NCBI GenBank assembly: GCA_040385935.1
Contig: JAZKGL010000277.1
Span: 1-53,579 of the forward strand
Source of the DNA: Bdellovibrionota bacterium
GTDB lineage: Bacteria; Bdellovibrionota_B; Oligoflexia; Oligoflexales; Oligoflexaceae
Direction: 5' to 3'
DNA: 53,579 nt
Part shown: positions 9,325-18,809 of the stretch, one piece after another
Layout of the letters: each line of letters opens with the position of its first letter
Numbering within the stretch: the first letter of the stretch is position 1
The notes under the pieces: generated by a model
The model's database searches: none
What the model was told of the DNA's origin: nothing
The model's input: only the letters and a program-made list of their open reading frames with translations
Position numbers and translations under genes: made by a program

Positions 9325-10730
9325 AACCATGGCTCCTAGCTTTCGTCCTTTTGCAGGCCTGCTCGATGGCGCCTAAATACGAAAGACTCGATGCTCCTGT
9401 TCCTTCAAATTATTCCACGCCGGCTAGTCCTGTCGCCCTTGCAGGGGACGGTCCGCGCACCAATGACGAAGATCTGAAAAACTGGAAACAGCATTTTACC
9501 GATCCAGGCATGCAAAGATTCATTGATGCGGTCCTCGAGAATAACAAAGAGCTTAAGATCGCCGCGCTTCGCGTGGAAGAGCTGAGAGCGCTCTATCGCA
9601 TTCAGCGATCCGAGCAACTGCCTTCGCTTGGCGCGAACGGAAGTCTGACGAGAGGCAAGCAGTTCGACTATTTCGCAGGGGCTCCTGTTACGAGTTCGAT
9701 TTACGATGCACGCGTTCAACTCATGGCCTTTGAACTCGACTTCTTTGGGCGCGTAAAGAGCCTTTCGGATGCTGCGCTTAACCGCTACCTCGGCACCGAG
9801 GTTGCCCATCGATCGGTTCTCATTAGTCTGGTGGCTCAGGCGGCTAGCGCCTACATCGCAGAAATCTCGCTGGGCCAGCAGGAAAAGCTTGCTCTTGAGA
9901 CCTTGTCCTCTCGTGAAGACACGCTTAAAATCGACAAGAGTCGGTTTGAGAAGGGCATCTCGAATGCGCTCGAACTCAAGACTTCTGAAATGCTCGTCGG
10001 CACCTCGCGAGCCAGTGTCGCAGAGGTCCGCCGGCAACGAGAAATCAACCGCAACAATCTTAGAATCCTTGCCGGACGTTTCGATTTCACGCCGGAAGAG
10101 AGCACTCTCTTAGTCGATACGATTCGCTTTCCGGATCTGCAGTCCGGAGTGCCCTCAGAACTCCTCGCGCGACGACCCGATATCCTTTCGGCTGAATTTG
10201 CTTTGAAAGCGGAGAACGCCAATATCGGTGCGGCACGCGCGGCCTTCTTTCCCAGTATTAGTCTTACCTCGCACATAGGCTCGACCAGCACTGATCTCGA
10301 TGATCTCTTTAAGGGCTCGACCGAGACCTGGAGCTTTATCCCGACCATTAACATTCCTATCTTCTACGGCGGACGGAATATCGCAAACCTTGATGCTGCA
10401 AACGTTCGCAAGAATGTAGCTGTCCTTCAGTATGAGCAAGCCATTCAAAATGCATTTCGCGAAGTGCGTGATGCTCTAGTGGGTCATCAGCTGATCGATG
10501 AGCAAGTCGCTGCCCAAAAGTCGGTGCGTGATGCCGATGCCGAACGCGCTCGTCTCGCTAAGAGTCGTTATGATCGTGGTGTGGCAGGCTATCTAGAGTA
10601 TCTTGATGCTCAGCGGAGTCAGTTCGATTCTGACCTGACTTACTTGAAGCTTCACGAACTTCGCCTATCGAACGATATCGCGCTTTATCGTGCGCTAGGT
10701 GGTGGCTGGGACGGGACACAGGGTCATTGA
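9321..10730 (+). CDS. Efflux outer-membrane factor lipoprotein (OprM/OprA/NodT family)
   Basis: Lipobox LQAC-SMAPKY; FELDFFGRVKSL, GVPSELLARRPDI, ANIGAARAAFFPSISLT, LYRALGGGW; ATGA overlap with the permease. Confidence 0.93.
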   Translation: MKPWLLAFVLLQACSMAPKYERLDAPVPSNYSTPASPVALAGDGPRTNDEDLKNWKQHFTDPGMQRFIDAVLENNKELKIAALRVEELRALYRIQRSEQLPSLGANGSLTRGKQFDYFAGAPVTSSIYDARVQLMAFELDFFGRVKSLSDAALNRYLGTEVAHRSVLISLVAQAASAYIAEISLGQQEKLALETLSSREDTLKIDKSRFEKGISNALELKTSEMLVGTSRASVAEVRRQREINRNNLRILAGRFDFTPEESTLLVDTIRFPDLQSGVPSELLARRPDILSAEFALKAENANIGAARAAFFPSISLTSHIGSTSTDLDDLFKGSTETWSFIPTINIPIFYGGRNIANLDAANVRKNVAVLQYEQAIQNAFREVRDALVGHQLIDEQVAAQKSVRDADAERARLAKSRYDRGVAGYLEYLDAQRSQFDSDLTYLKLHELRLSNDIALYRALGGGWDGTQGH

Positions 10731-10746
10731 TTCGGAGGAGTTTGCG

Positions 10747-11187
10747 TTGGAAAAGACTTGGGTTGCATGTAATCAATGCGGATCTGTGAACCGAGTTCCG
10801 AAAGAGAAAATTAATCAGGGTCCGAAATGCGGGAGCTGTAAAACCGCGCTTCCGGCTCACGATCATTTGATTGATCAGAACTCAAAGTCGCTCCCGAATC
10901 TGATCAGCGCTTCCGACCAGGCTATCGTTGTGGATTTCTGGGCCCCTTGGTGTGGGCCTTGTTTGTCTTTTGCCCCGAGCTTTCAATCGGCCTCTCAAAA
11001 GCTTCACGATAGTTTTATTTTTGCCAAGGTGAATACCGAGGCGGACCCTCAGGCAGGCGCGATGTATGGCGTGAGGGGAATTCCTACTCTTATCGTGTTT
11101 AAGGGGGGTAAAGAGATCCAACGCGTATCAGGCGCCCTGCCTTCGCCACAGTTTCTCCAGTGGCTCGAGTCTGCACAAAATCAGTAA
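10747..11187 (+). CDS. trxC: Thioredoxin 2 (zinc-finger thioredoxin)
   Basis: TTG start after GGAGGAG; CNQC/CGSC zinc knuckle; VDFWAPWCGPC active site; GIPTL. Confidence 0.9.
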   Translation: MEKTWVACNQCGSVNRVPKEKINQGPKCGSCKTALPAHDHLIDQNSKSLPNLISASDQAIVVDFWAPWCGPCLSFAPSFQSASQKLHDSFIFAKVNTEADPQAGAMYGVRGIPTLIVFKGGKEIQRVSGALPSPQFLQWLESAQNQ

Positions 11188-11269
11188 GATAAAATACGTC
11201 AAATATACCTAGTTAGACGACAAAAGTATAATGTGATAACCTGACTCAATCCCAAATTCTGGATGAGTT

Positions 11270-11794
11270 ATGAATCATTGCCTATACTCGTGGTCTGCGA
11301 TCCTGTTGCTCGCGCTTACCTTGTCTTGCAAGAGTTATAGAACCACGCCTGGAGTCCGCGAGTCGATTGCGGAACACGGGAAAAAGGTTAAGCCTGCACC
11401 GACTTTGAATTCCTCCGGCAAACCCATCGTTGACACGTCGAATACTGAAATCGAAGCCGATGACCTTTTCACAAAAGACGTTCTATTGATTGCTAGGCTC
11501 AATCTGTCGAGCGAGGTTGCGCAATACAATCGCAGCTGCGTGATTGTCCAGACCAAAGGCAAATCCGATGTCGTGATCCAAGATTATAAATTGGGGACAC
11601 CGATCGATCTCGAACCTTTTAAGGACTACACAGTATTAATCGAACTGTACATGGGGAGTTCCTTCATCTATTCCAACAGCTTTTGCGAAACGGGCCGAAC
11701 TTTCAACGCTAGCGTTGGACGAAATATTTTCACTTTCCCTGTTTGTTACAAGGAAAATGAAGAAGCTTTGCCAACCGCTGGCTGCGGAATGTGA
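11270..11794 (+). CDS. Hypothetical lipoprotein, first gene of a four-lipoprotein operon
   Basis: Lipobox LTLSC; beta-rich C-terminal half with several Cys. Confidence 0.6.
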   Translation: MNHCLYSWSAILLLALTLSCKSYRTTPGVRESIAEHGKKVKPAPTLNSSGKPIVDTSNTEIEADDLFTKDVLLIARLNLSSEVAQYNRSCVIVQTKGKSDVVIQDYKLGTPIDLEPFKDYTVLIELYMGSSFIYSNSFCETGRTFNASVGRNIFTFPVCYKENEEALPTAGCGM

Positions 11795-11854
11795 AAGCCT
11801 TTTAGACTCCTTGTCTCAGATGATCATTCACTTAAGTCATAGAATGGATTCGAC

Positions 11855-13447
11855 ATGAAGCTAAGTCTGCATTCAAAACATCTCGCTCTTCCTCTCATGA
11901 TGCTAGCCCTGTCTTCATCGTGTAAGCACGAACACAAGTCAGGCCTCGAAAGTGAGGTCAGCGGATCAGCGGTCCATCTTCCTTCTGATCTCGGAGTCGG
12001 CTTTGACAGCGAAACCCAGGTGATGAAGAGCCAGTGTGTGACGGGAACTCCGGTGTGGCGAGGCGAAAATGAAGCGAGTATCGTCTACGGCCAAGATCTA
12101 AGTTTCAACGACATCATGAAGAGCTACGGTGGTGGTGCTAAGGTCGGAGCGACAGTCTACGGATTTGAAGTCGGAGGCGCGGCTGAGTTTGCAAGTAAGA
12201 ATGCGACCACCGAGTTCAGCTCCTCTATCTCGCTAGTCAACAAAGTCAGTTTGAAAAAACTGCTTCTGTCTGATCCCAAACTTACCGAAGATGGCAAAAA
12301 AGAATTGGTTGAGGATAGGGCGAGGGATACGGTCCGGGAAACGTGCGGTAACGAATTTTTCAGTGCGATCGTTTACGGGGCTCAGATCTTCGTCGTGGCT
12401 AAGTTTGATTTTGCGAGCGCTCAAGACAAGATAGAATTCAAAGGTAATGCTAGCGTCAGCCTACTAGGAGTCGGCGAAATCGGAGGAAATATCTCGCATC
12501 TCTCCGACAAAGTGAAAAAGACCGGCCGCGTGACGATCTCCGCTCGTCAAGTCGGAGGTAACCCGGAAGAGTTGAGTAAGATTTTAGGTTCGGGTCTATT
12601 GATCTCCTGTAGCCTCGTCGATTATGAGAAAACCTGTCTGCCTGCGTTGCAGGCTATCGTTAAGTACGCATCCGACGACTTCCGAGTTGGGCTCAAAAGC
12701 ACTCCAGATCCACAGATTCAGTATGAGCAGCGTCTCGAGGCCGAAGCTGCTTTAAAGCCCGGGGAAAAGCTTCCTCCGAAAAATCCGGGTGATGCCAAAG
12801 GCTGGGCCGAGGTCAACTTCATTACGTCTAAGTATTCGGACGTAAAGGTCGGTGGCGCTCGCTTGGTCCCCGACGTTGACGTTCCTTTAGTCAATGCGGA
12901 AATCGAGAGGACCAGAAGCCAAGTCTATGATGAGTTTCAAGTTCAACTGATGGATTCTGAGCGGGCTGCCAACCTTTTTCGCGACTCCACCTTAAGCGAT
13001 ATCAAGCGGCTACGCATAAGTGAAATCAATAAGGCGACCGAAGAAAATAAAAAGGCGCTAGCAATCGTTGGTGAGAATTGTATGACTAAACCGAGCAAAT
13101 GTGTTGAATCTTATGCGAACTATAAGAGTACTCAAATGAAGGTCTATGACGAACGCCAACTCTCGCTTGGAATCTGTCTTGTCAAATCCGATATGGACAA
13201 TAGCTCTTGGGTGCTCAAAGGCGATGCGAATAAGGCGTTAGGAACTGTACGATTTAATCCCGACGGAAAATTAGAGGGTTATGCAAGCGATACAGAAAAA
13301 ACCTGGAAGGTCGATGGTTGTATCTTGCGCTTCTACAATGAAGCTGATGTCGCCTCAACGATCTTTGGTAAAATTGAGGAATCGGGCAATGCGATGAGTG
13401 GCCAAGCTTCGGACAACTCAATTCGCTCACTGACTATTAGTAAATAA
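11855..13447 (+). CDS. Lipoprotein with putative MACPF/CDC-like domain and C-terminal beta-domain extension
   Basis: Lipobox LSSSC; LGVGFDS..C; CGNEFFSAIVYGAQIFV; VTISARQVGGNP; Gly-rich amphipathic segments (GGGAKVGATVYGFEVGGAAEF). Paralogue of the next gene. Confidence 0.55.
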   Translation: MKLSLHSKHLALPLMMLALSSSCKHEHKSGLESEVSGSAVHLPSDLGVGFDSETQVMKSQCVTGTPVWRGENEASIVYGQDLSFNDIMKSYGGGAKVGATVYGFEVGGAAEFASKNATTEFSSSISLVNKVSLKKLLLSDPKLTEDGKKELVEDRARDTVRETCGNEFFSAIVYGAQIFVVAKFDFASAQDKIEFKGNASVSLLGVGEIGGNISHLSDKVKKTGRVTISARQVGGNPEELSKILGSGLLISCSLVDYEKTCLPALQAIVKYASDDFRVGLKSTPDPQIQYEQRLEAEAALKPGEKLPPKNPGDAKGWAEVNFITSKYSDVKVGGARLVPDVDVPLVNAEIERTRSQVYDEFQVQLMDSERAANLFRDSTLSDIKRLRISEINKATEENKKALAIVGENCMTKPSKCVESYANYKSTQMKVYDERQLSLGICLVKSDMDNSSWVLKGDANKALGTVRFNPDGKLEGYASDTEKTWKVDGCILRFYNEADVASTIFGKIEESGNAMSGQASDNSIRSLTISK

Positions 13448-13466
13448 TCCACTCGCCGAGGATGGA

Positions 13467-14816
13467 ATGAAGCTCTTGAAAAACTCCATCAAATGCTCTC
13501 ATTTCATCCTTCTCGTTTTATGTCTCGCGTCTTTTTCCTGCCGCACGTCGAACACGCAAGCTTCTGATAAGGGAAATGCCGACGTTGAGGGAGAGGCTAA
13601 GCAGAAAGCTCCCGATCCGAGCGGAGAACTTGTGCTTGACCCATCCTCTCGCGGGCTCGCGAATGGTTGGGATAGCGAATATCGCCGGAAGTTGGCTCCT
13701 TGTCTCGATGGCGACTTCCAGTATCGCGGGGCGCATGCCTCCGATCTTACCTTTATGCGCGACTACACCTATGATCAAATTCTTAACGAGACCGGGGCCG
13801 GAGTCTACGGCAAGGCGAGTTTGTTTGGGCTAGTGAGTGCTAAGGTTCAAGGAAATTTGGCCATAGCTATGGCAGCGACGGAAGATTCTACATCTTTCAT
13901 TTATAACTTCAGTCTATTAGGGAAATCGGCTGTCCTAAGTGGAAGGCGATTCAATACGAATGGATCCTACGCCTACAACAAAAACGATCTCCTCTTCTTT
14001 CGCGAGCTGTGCGGCGATCAATTTGTCGAGCAGGTCAAGCTCGGTGGACAACTCTACCTGGGTGTGAAGTATACCTTCGCGAGTAAAGAAACCAAGGAAA
14101 CGATAAGTGTTAAAATCACCCTTTCCGCTTTTTGGGGGTTGATCAAAAAGTCGAAAACCTGGACGAAGGAGTTCAGAGATATCATGAAAGACGTTCGGAT
14201 ATCCATTGAGGCTTTTCAGATCGGTGGCGATCCAAGTAAACTCCAGGCCCTTAAAAAACAGATTTATCAAGGCAGCTGCGCAGGTGATGAGCCTGAGCTG
14301 TGTGCTGATGCAATTGATCGCTTGCTTGAATATGGTTCGAAAGACTTTGCGCAGCAGCTCGATGATATGCGGCTTAGCGACGATCCCAATCTCGGCCCGG
14401 CAATTATCGATGTGGTATTGGAAGACTATCGTTCGCTCAAGATTTATGACCCGCAATCCAAGAAGAGCGTGCAGGTGAATGTCATGGCTTCAACTACACC
14501 TGAGAGCGAACTTGCCAAAGCCCTTGATGGCCTCGAGCGACTTAAAGTGAGTCTAAAGATTTCCGAGAATCGCATCAAGATACTCAAAGAATTTAAATTG
14601 AGCGAAACCGACCAAACGACTGTGAACACTGCTTCGACCCATATCAACGATACCCTGTCGGCCATTGAAACGGTTTTAAGTACGACCTGTGCGCGAGCGA
14701 AGACCGACTCGTCATTCCTTAAAAATTGTCTAGAAAAAACCAGGGTTTTAGAGAATTTGGGGAAAGCTGCAAACGTTCCTGTATCGCTCTCATCGCGTGA
14801 GCCGGAAGGAAACTAA
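13467..14816 (+). CDS. Lipoprotein with putative MACPF/CDC-like domain (paralogue of 11855..13447)
   Basis: Lipobox SFSC; LANGWDS..C; FRELCGDQFVEQVKLGGQLYLGVKY; ISIEAFQIGGDPS. Confidence 0.55.
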   Translation: MKLLKNSIKCSHFILLVLCLASFSCRTSNTQASDKGNADVEGEAKQKAPDPSGELVLDPSSRGLANGWDSEYRRKLAPCLDGDFQYRGAHASDLTFMRDYTYDQILNETGAGVYGKASLFGLVSAKVQGNLAIAMAATEDSTSFIYNFSLLGKSAVLSGRRFNTNGSYAYNKNDLLFFRELCGDQFVEQVKLGGQLYLGVKYTFASKETKETISVKITLSAFWGLIKKSKTWTKEFRDIMKDVRISIEAFQIGGDPSKLQALKKQIYQGSCAGDEPELCADAIDRLLEYGSKDFAQQLDDMRLSDDPNLGPAIIDVVLEDYRSLKIYDPQSKKSVQVNVMASTTPESELAKALDGLERLKVSLKISENRIKILKEFKLSETDQTTVNTASTHINDTLSAIETVLSTTCARAKTDSSFLKNCLEKTRVLENLGKAANVPVSLSSREPEGN

Positions 14817-14819
14817 ACG

Positions 14820-15893
14820 ATGACTAGACACTCTTTAATGGCTTTGATTGTAAGCTTACTCGTGCTTTCCTGCAAAACAGCACCGTCGACGCAGCCCTAC
14901 TTCGACAGCATACGAAAAAAAGAAAAGGCCTTAGAGCCTGCTGTCGCTGCCGATAGCGATGATCCTTGCCCGGAAGAAAAGTTGGACTGTCATCCCAGGC
15001 GATTTTTGGTGGCCGATGATGGTCTGCAAAAAATAGCTTATGTGAATCTGGATGACCCCTCAAAAGATTGGGATATTCCGGTCGGCGCGAGTATTTGGGA
15101 TATGCAGCTCGGAGGCGGTGGGAAAGTGCTCGTGCCCACCACGGACGGACTGGGAGGTTACTACGAAATAGATATCGAGCAAGGACGCATCGCTCAAGCC
15201 TATACGAGTTTTGGATTTGTGCGGTCGGTTCAAAGGTTAAAAAATGGGAACACGCTTATAGCGGGCGAAAACCTCAAGGGCAATGAAGGTCTGGTCATTA
15301 TCGAAGTTGATCCTTCTCAAACCGTTTTGGATGTGAAGACGAAGAAGTTTCCGAAGGCGAAGAACAGCCGTGTGATTCGGCGAACCTTCGACAACACGTT
15401 CCTCATGGGCAGCACGATCGACAATCAGTCCGACCATGTCCTGCTTGAAATGGACGAGCATGGGTTCGAGGTTCAGCGTTTTCTTGTGGGCACAGGGCCC
15501 GCTCACATGGGTGTGCGCATGCAGAATGGGGATACGGCGGTCACGAGCGGACGCGATCGAAAGCTTTTGATACTCGGCAAAGATGGAAAGTTGAAAGAGA
15601 CTATTACGCTGGAAAACCAGGAAGGCAAAACACCGATCGATCCCTTTCAGGCCGGTTTCTTTCAAATCCTTGCCAACGGACATTATGTCCTCGCGAACTG
15701 GCAGGGAAAGAATATTACTTCAGGCCGCAAAGGCCATCAGCTAGTCGAATACAATGCAAAAGGGAAACAGGTTTGGGCTTGGAAACAAGATCCCAAACGC
15801 TTTTCTTCGATCAGCGCCGTCTTGGTTCTTGATGGCCTTGATCTGAGTCTTGCGCATGACGATACCGAGGGACCGCTAAAACCCGTTCAATAG
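14820..15893 (+). CDS. Beta-propeller lipoprotein (PQQ/arylsulfotransferase-like repeats)
   Basis: Lipobox VLSC; repeats RLKNGNTLIAG, RMQNGDTAVT, ILANGHYVLANW, LVEYNAKGKQVWAW. Confidence 0.65.
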   Translation: MTRHSLMALIVSLLVLSCKTAPSTQPYFDSIRKKEKALEPAVAADSDDPCPEEKLDCHPRRFLVADDGLQKIAYVNLDDPSKDWDIPVGASIWDMQLGGGGKVLVPTTDGLGGYYEIDIEQGRIAQAYTSFGFVRSVQRLKNGNTLIAGENLKGNEGLVIIEVDPSQTVLDVKTKKFPKAKNSRVIRRTFDNTFLMGSTIDNQSDHVLLEMDEHGFEVQRFLVGTGPAHMGVRMQNGDTAVTSGRDRKLLILGKDGKLKETITLENQEGKTPIDPFQAGFFQILANGHYVLANWQGKNITSGRKGHQLVEYNAKGKQVWAWKQDPKRFSSISAVLVLDGLDLSLAHDDTEGPLKPVQ

Positions 15894-15928
15894 TTGGTTC
15901 AAATTCTTGAGTGGAAAGTGAGTGATAT

Positions 15929-16285
15929 ATGGCAGACGACTGGCGGGTGGATACACTCGAGAAGGTTAGAGACCTGATGACGAAAGCGCTACCTGATGCT
16001 GTTGAGGAGTTGAAGTGGAGAGGGGTTCCGACTTGGTCGCACAACGGACTCATTTGCACAGGTGAAACCTACAAGGCCACGGTGAAACTCACCTTCGTCC
16101 ATGGGGCGTCGCTGTCTGATCCGAGTAAATTATTTAATGCGAGTCTTGAGGGGAACACCCGGCGGGCTATTGATATCAAAGAGGGCGAGGCGATCAATGA
16201 TAAGGCTCTGAAAGCCTTGTTTAAGGAAGCTGCAAAATTTAATGAGGCAAAGGTTAAATTGAAAGCCGCGAAGCCGAAAAAATAG
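15929..16285 (+). CDS. DUF1801 (YdhG-like) protein
   Basis: DWR..TL..VR.L...PDAVEELKWRGVPTWSHNGLICTGETYK..VKLTF..GASLSDPSKLFNASLEGNTRRAID. Confidence 0.9.
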   Translation: MADDWRVDTLEKVRDLMTKALPDAVEELKWRGVPTWSHNGLICTGETYKATVKLTFVHGASLSDPSKLFNASLEGNTRRAIDIKEGEAINDKALKALFKEAAKFNEAKVKLKAAKPKK

Positions 16286-16307
16286 GTGTGAGTGGCCTCA
16301 CACCTTT
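16284..16307. terminator. Terminator hairpin between convergent genes
   Basis: AGGTGTGAG-tggc-CTCACACCT with A-rich and T-rich flanks. Confidence 0.65.
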
Positions 16308-16319
16308 AAACTTTAGACT

Positions 16320-17966
16320 CTAGTGAATCGTCACGCCCAGTGGACCATCTGAGACTGTGCCTGAACTTCGACCTAACTCTACCCAAGTTCCATTTTTAAA
16401 ATAGCCATAAAGTGTGTTGAACGTTTGATCGAAATCGGCCGCATGACCTTGCAAATAAACGTCACCACTCGTCGAAGCCACGATTCTTCCCAAATAGAAA
16501 CCATCGTTTGCATTCGGTAGTGTTGGACGAGTGACTGCAGTGAAAGTGGTATTTTTCAAATACCCTATTTGATCGGCTTGCGTGGCAGAGAAGTAGAGAT
16601 CATCGCCGGAGCTTAGGAACATATCAGTAATACCTGTTGTGCTTGGAACCCAGACATTGTCGAGCCAATAGCCGGACGTTATCCCCGAGTTGGATTCATT
16701 GTAACCCAAGATATACTCTTTCCCTGTTATGGTAACGAAGGGCCTCGTGAGTGAACTTGGCTTAAGGTCTGTGCCAGTCGTCAACTCTCGCCATACCCCA
16801 TTTTTCCATAGACCTGCGTGTTCCTCAGCGTCCTCGCTCGCGGCCTGATAGGCCGTAACAAAAACATTTTGATTGCTATCGACACTCAACGAATCTGGTA
16901 CGACAAAGTCGAATTTCTCACCGAGAGTGGGGAGGACTGAGACGACACCATCTTTCCAGTATGCTGCAACGTAAGGTGTACTCGAAGTCACCGTTCCATC
17001 GAATTCATTCGCGTTGCAGTATCCGGTTTGATGAACAACCCCATTACTGCCAACAGCAATATGCAAGTAACCACAGCGAGTCTTTCCTGTTGGAAATGGT
17101 AGGACAACCCAGCTCCCATTCTTCCAGTAGCCGGGCGTTCCGCCTTCGTAATTCGCGTTTATCAATCCAGCCACGTACATATCATCTAACGCACTAAATG
17201 TGATCGAATGAGCCTCGGTGTTACCCGCATTGCCGTTAGTTAAAGCAGTCCAGGTCTCGTTCTTCCAATAGCCGGCTTGATTGGCTTTCATACCGGCTTG
17301 ATAGAAGGCTTGCGGTTTGAGGGCATCGGATTTCGGCAAAATCGTGGTCTTTGAAACCACGACAGTAGTCGTCGGTAGAGCCGCGATGTTTGCTAACTGA
17401 AACTGACCGAAGTATGAACTCGAAAAGGTAGCCGTTCCGTTGGCAAGTTTAATTTGATCAGGCGCAATGAGACCCGCCTTGATCCCATCGGCAGTCCAAA
17501 CTACGTATAGAACAACGAGAAGACTCGAATCTGTCAGATTCAAAGCGGGGGAGGAAAGCGGCATTGTGATTTTAAGCGGTAAAGCCGGAATGATAGTGTT
17601 ATCGCTTGATCGTATGACGACCGATGCCGACTGGGGTGTGACTGTACCAGCGATTCCTAGAGCGTCAGAGACAGAAGAAAGTACCGGGGTTCCCTGCTCA
17701 ATAAAAATCGATGTCGAAACCGCCAACGTACCCTGAGGTAAAGAGAGTTTTACGTTCGACGTGGGAAGATTCAGAGCATTGACTACGATGTCCTGCGTAG
17801 TGCCAGCGGTCGGATCGTAAGCGGCCTCCGTAAGCCCGTTCGAATCGGTAGTCTCGGTAATGGTCTTGGACGTGAATGTGTAGTGATTATCCGATTTGCT
17901 GGAGCAGGAAGCGAGCGCTGAGGAAACTAAAATCAATGAAGTCACAAGGCTGACACGATGTCGCAT
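16320..17966 (-). CDS. Lipoprotein with ZU5-like N-domain and seven G(Y/L)WKNG-type repeats (probable beta-propeller)
   Basis: Start ATG 17966 with GGGAG RBS; lipobox LASC; VKLSLPQGTL...SSYFGQFQL; repeats AGYWKNE, PGYWKNG, AAYWKDG, AGLWKNG, SGYWLDN, IGYLKNT, YGYFKNG. Confidence 0.6.
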   Translation of the reverse strand: MRHRVSLVTSLILVSSALASCSSKSDNHYTFTSKTITETTDSNGLTEAAYDPTAGTTQDIVVNALNLPTSNVKLSLPQGTLAVSTSIFIEQGTPVLSSVSDALGIAGTVTPQSASVVIRSSDNTIIPALPLKITMPLSSPALNLTDSSLLVVLYVVWTADGIKAGLIAPDQIKLANGTATFSSSYFGQFQLANIAALPTTTVVVSKTTILPKSDALKPQAFYQAGMKANQAGYWKNETWTALTNGNAGNTEAHSITFSALDDMYVAGLINANYEGGTPGYWKNGSWVVLPFPTGKTRCGYLHIAVGSNGVVHQTGYCNANEFDGTVTSSTPYVAAYWKDGVVSVLPTLGEKFDFVVPDSLSVDSNQNVFVTAYQAASEDAEEHAGLWKNGVWRELTTGTDLKPSSLTRPFVTITGKEYILGYNESNSGITSGYWLDNVWVPSTTGITDMFLSSGDDLYFSATQADQIGYLKNTTFTAVTRPTLPNANDGFYLGRIVASTSGDVYLQGHAADFDQTFNTLYGYFKNGTWVELGRSSGTVSDGPLGVTIH

Positions 17967-18103
17967 TCTATCTCCCGTTGTTTGCACTCAATAGAGGTTC
18001 ATGGAGTTTAGCATGAATAGCGTGCAGCACAAATCATCTGATCCACAGACTCTCGTGAGAGCGAGAGATCTGTGTGCCCAGCACCGTAGGGTAAAAGGGA
18101 AGG

Positions 18104-18796
18104 CTATTCGAACTCGAAAGAGACTTGCACGGTTGCGTTAATACCGATCTCTCCGACGGCAACCGTAGATGCATCGGACTTCATTGCGCGAACCATCATA
18201 AGAGCGGGAGCGGACGACTGATCCGATTCTTGAATCGTCAGAGGTTTCCCTAGTTTCAATCCAGCTTCTTTGGCAAACACTTCCGCGTTCGCCCGCGCGT
18301 CTTTCATCGCTCGGATACGCGCTTCGTTTTTAAGCTCGGCCATCTTCGAACTTTGAAAGCTGATATCGTAAAGGGTGTTTGCCCCGCCATTGAAGAGAGC
18401 AGTTACGAGGCCTTCGTATTTAGAGATATCCCGCAGACGAATGCGAAGCGTGCGACGAGCCCGATATCTCACGGGTGCCTTCATCGATTCATCGAAAGAG
18501 CCGACCTGGTCGACTTCGATCATCACGCGATCACTCTGCAAATCCCGGCTCTCAACCTTTTCCTGAGCAGCGATGGCGATAAGCTTGCGCATCACCTCAT
18601 CGCTTTTGGTCTTCACAGCCAATGCGCTTTTGTCAGTTAACTCAATCCCTGCGACGAGCGAAACCTGATCCGGCACGACCGGGACAGAGCCAACGCCTGT
18701 GACATTGATCGACCGAGGCTCAGCCGCATAGAGACCGCTCGATGCTTTGGCAAAGGCCAAAAGTAAGGCGGCATTTAAAAGATTAGGCTTTTTCAC
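18104..18796 (-). CDS. SIMPL domain (DUF541, YggE-like) periplasmic protein
   Basis: GTG start 18796 after AAGGAG; RSINVTGVGSVPVVPD, ARIRAMKDARANAE..A...GLKLGKPLTIQE, GEIGINATVQVSF. Confidence 0.9.
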   Translation of the reverse strand: MKKPNLLNAALLLAFAKASSGLYAAEPRSINVTGVGSVPVVPDQVSLVAGIELTDKSALAVKTKSDEVMRKLIAIAAQEKVESRDLQSDRVMIEVDQVGSFDESMKAPVRYRARRTLRIRLRDISKYEGLVTALFNGGANTLYDISFQSSKMAELKNEARIRAMKDARANAEVFAKEAGLKLGKPLTIQESDQSSAPALMMVRAMKSDASTVAVGEIGINATVQVSFEFE

Positions 18797-18809
18797 GATA
18801 CGACGCTCC

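Noticed and set aside
18044-18074. Imperfect hairpin CACAGA-CTCTCG...CGAGAG-A-TCTGTG as a REP or ncRNA
   Set aside because: Single copy with no U-tract; at most a weak terminator.
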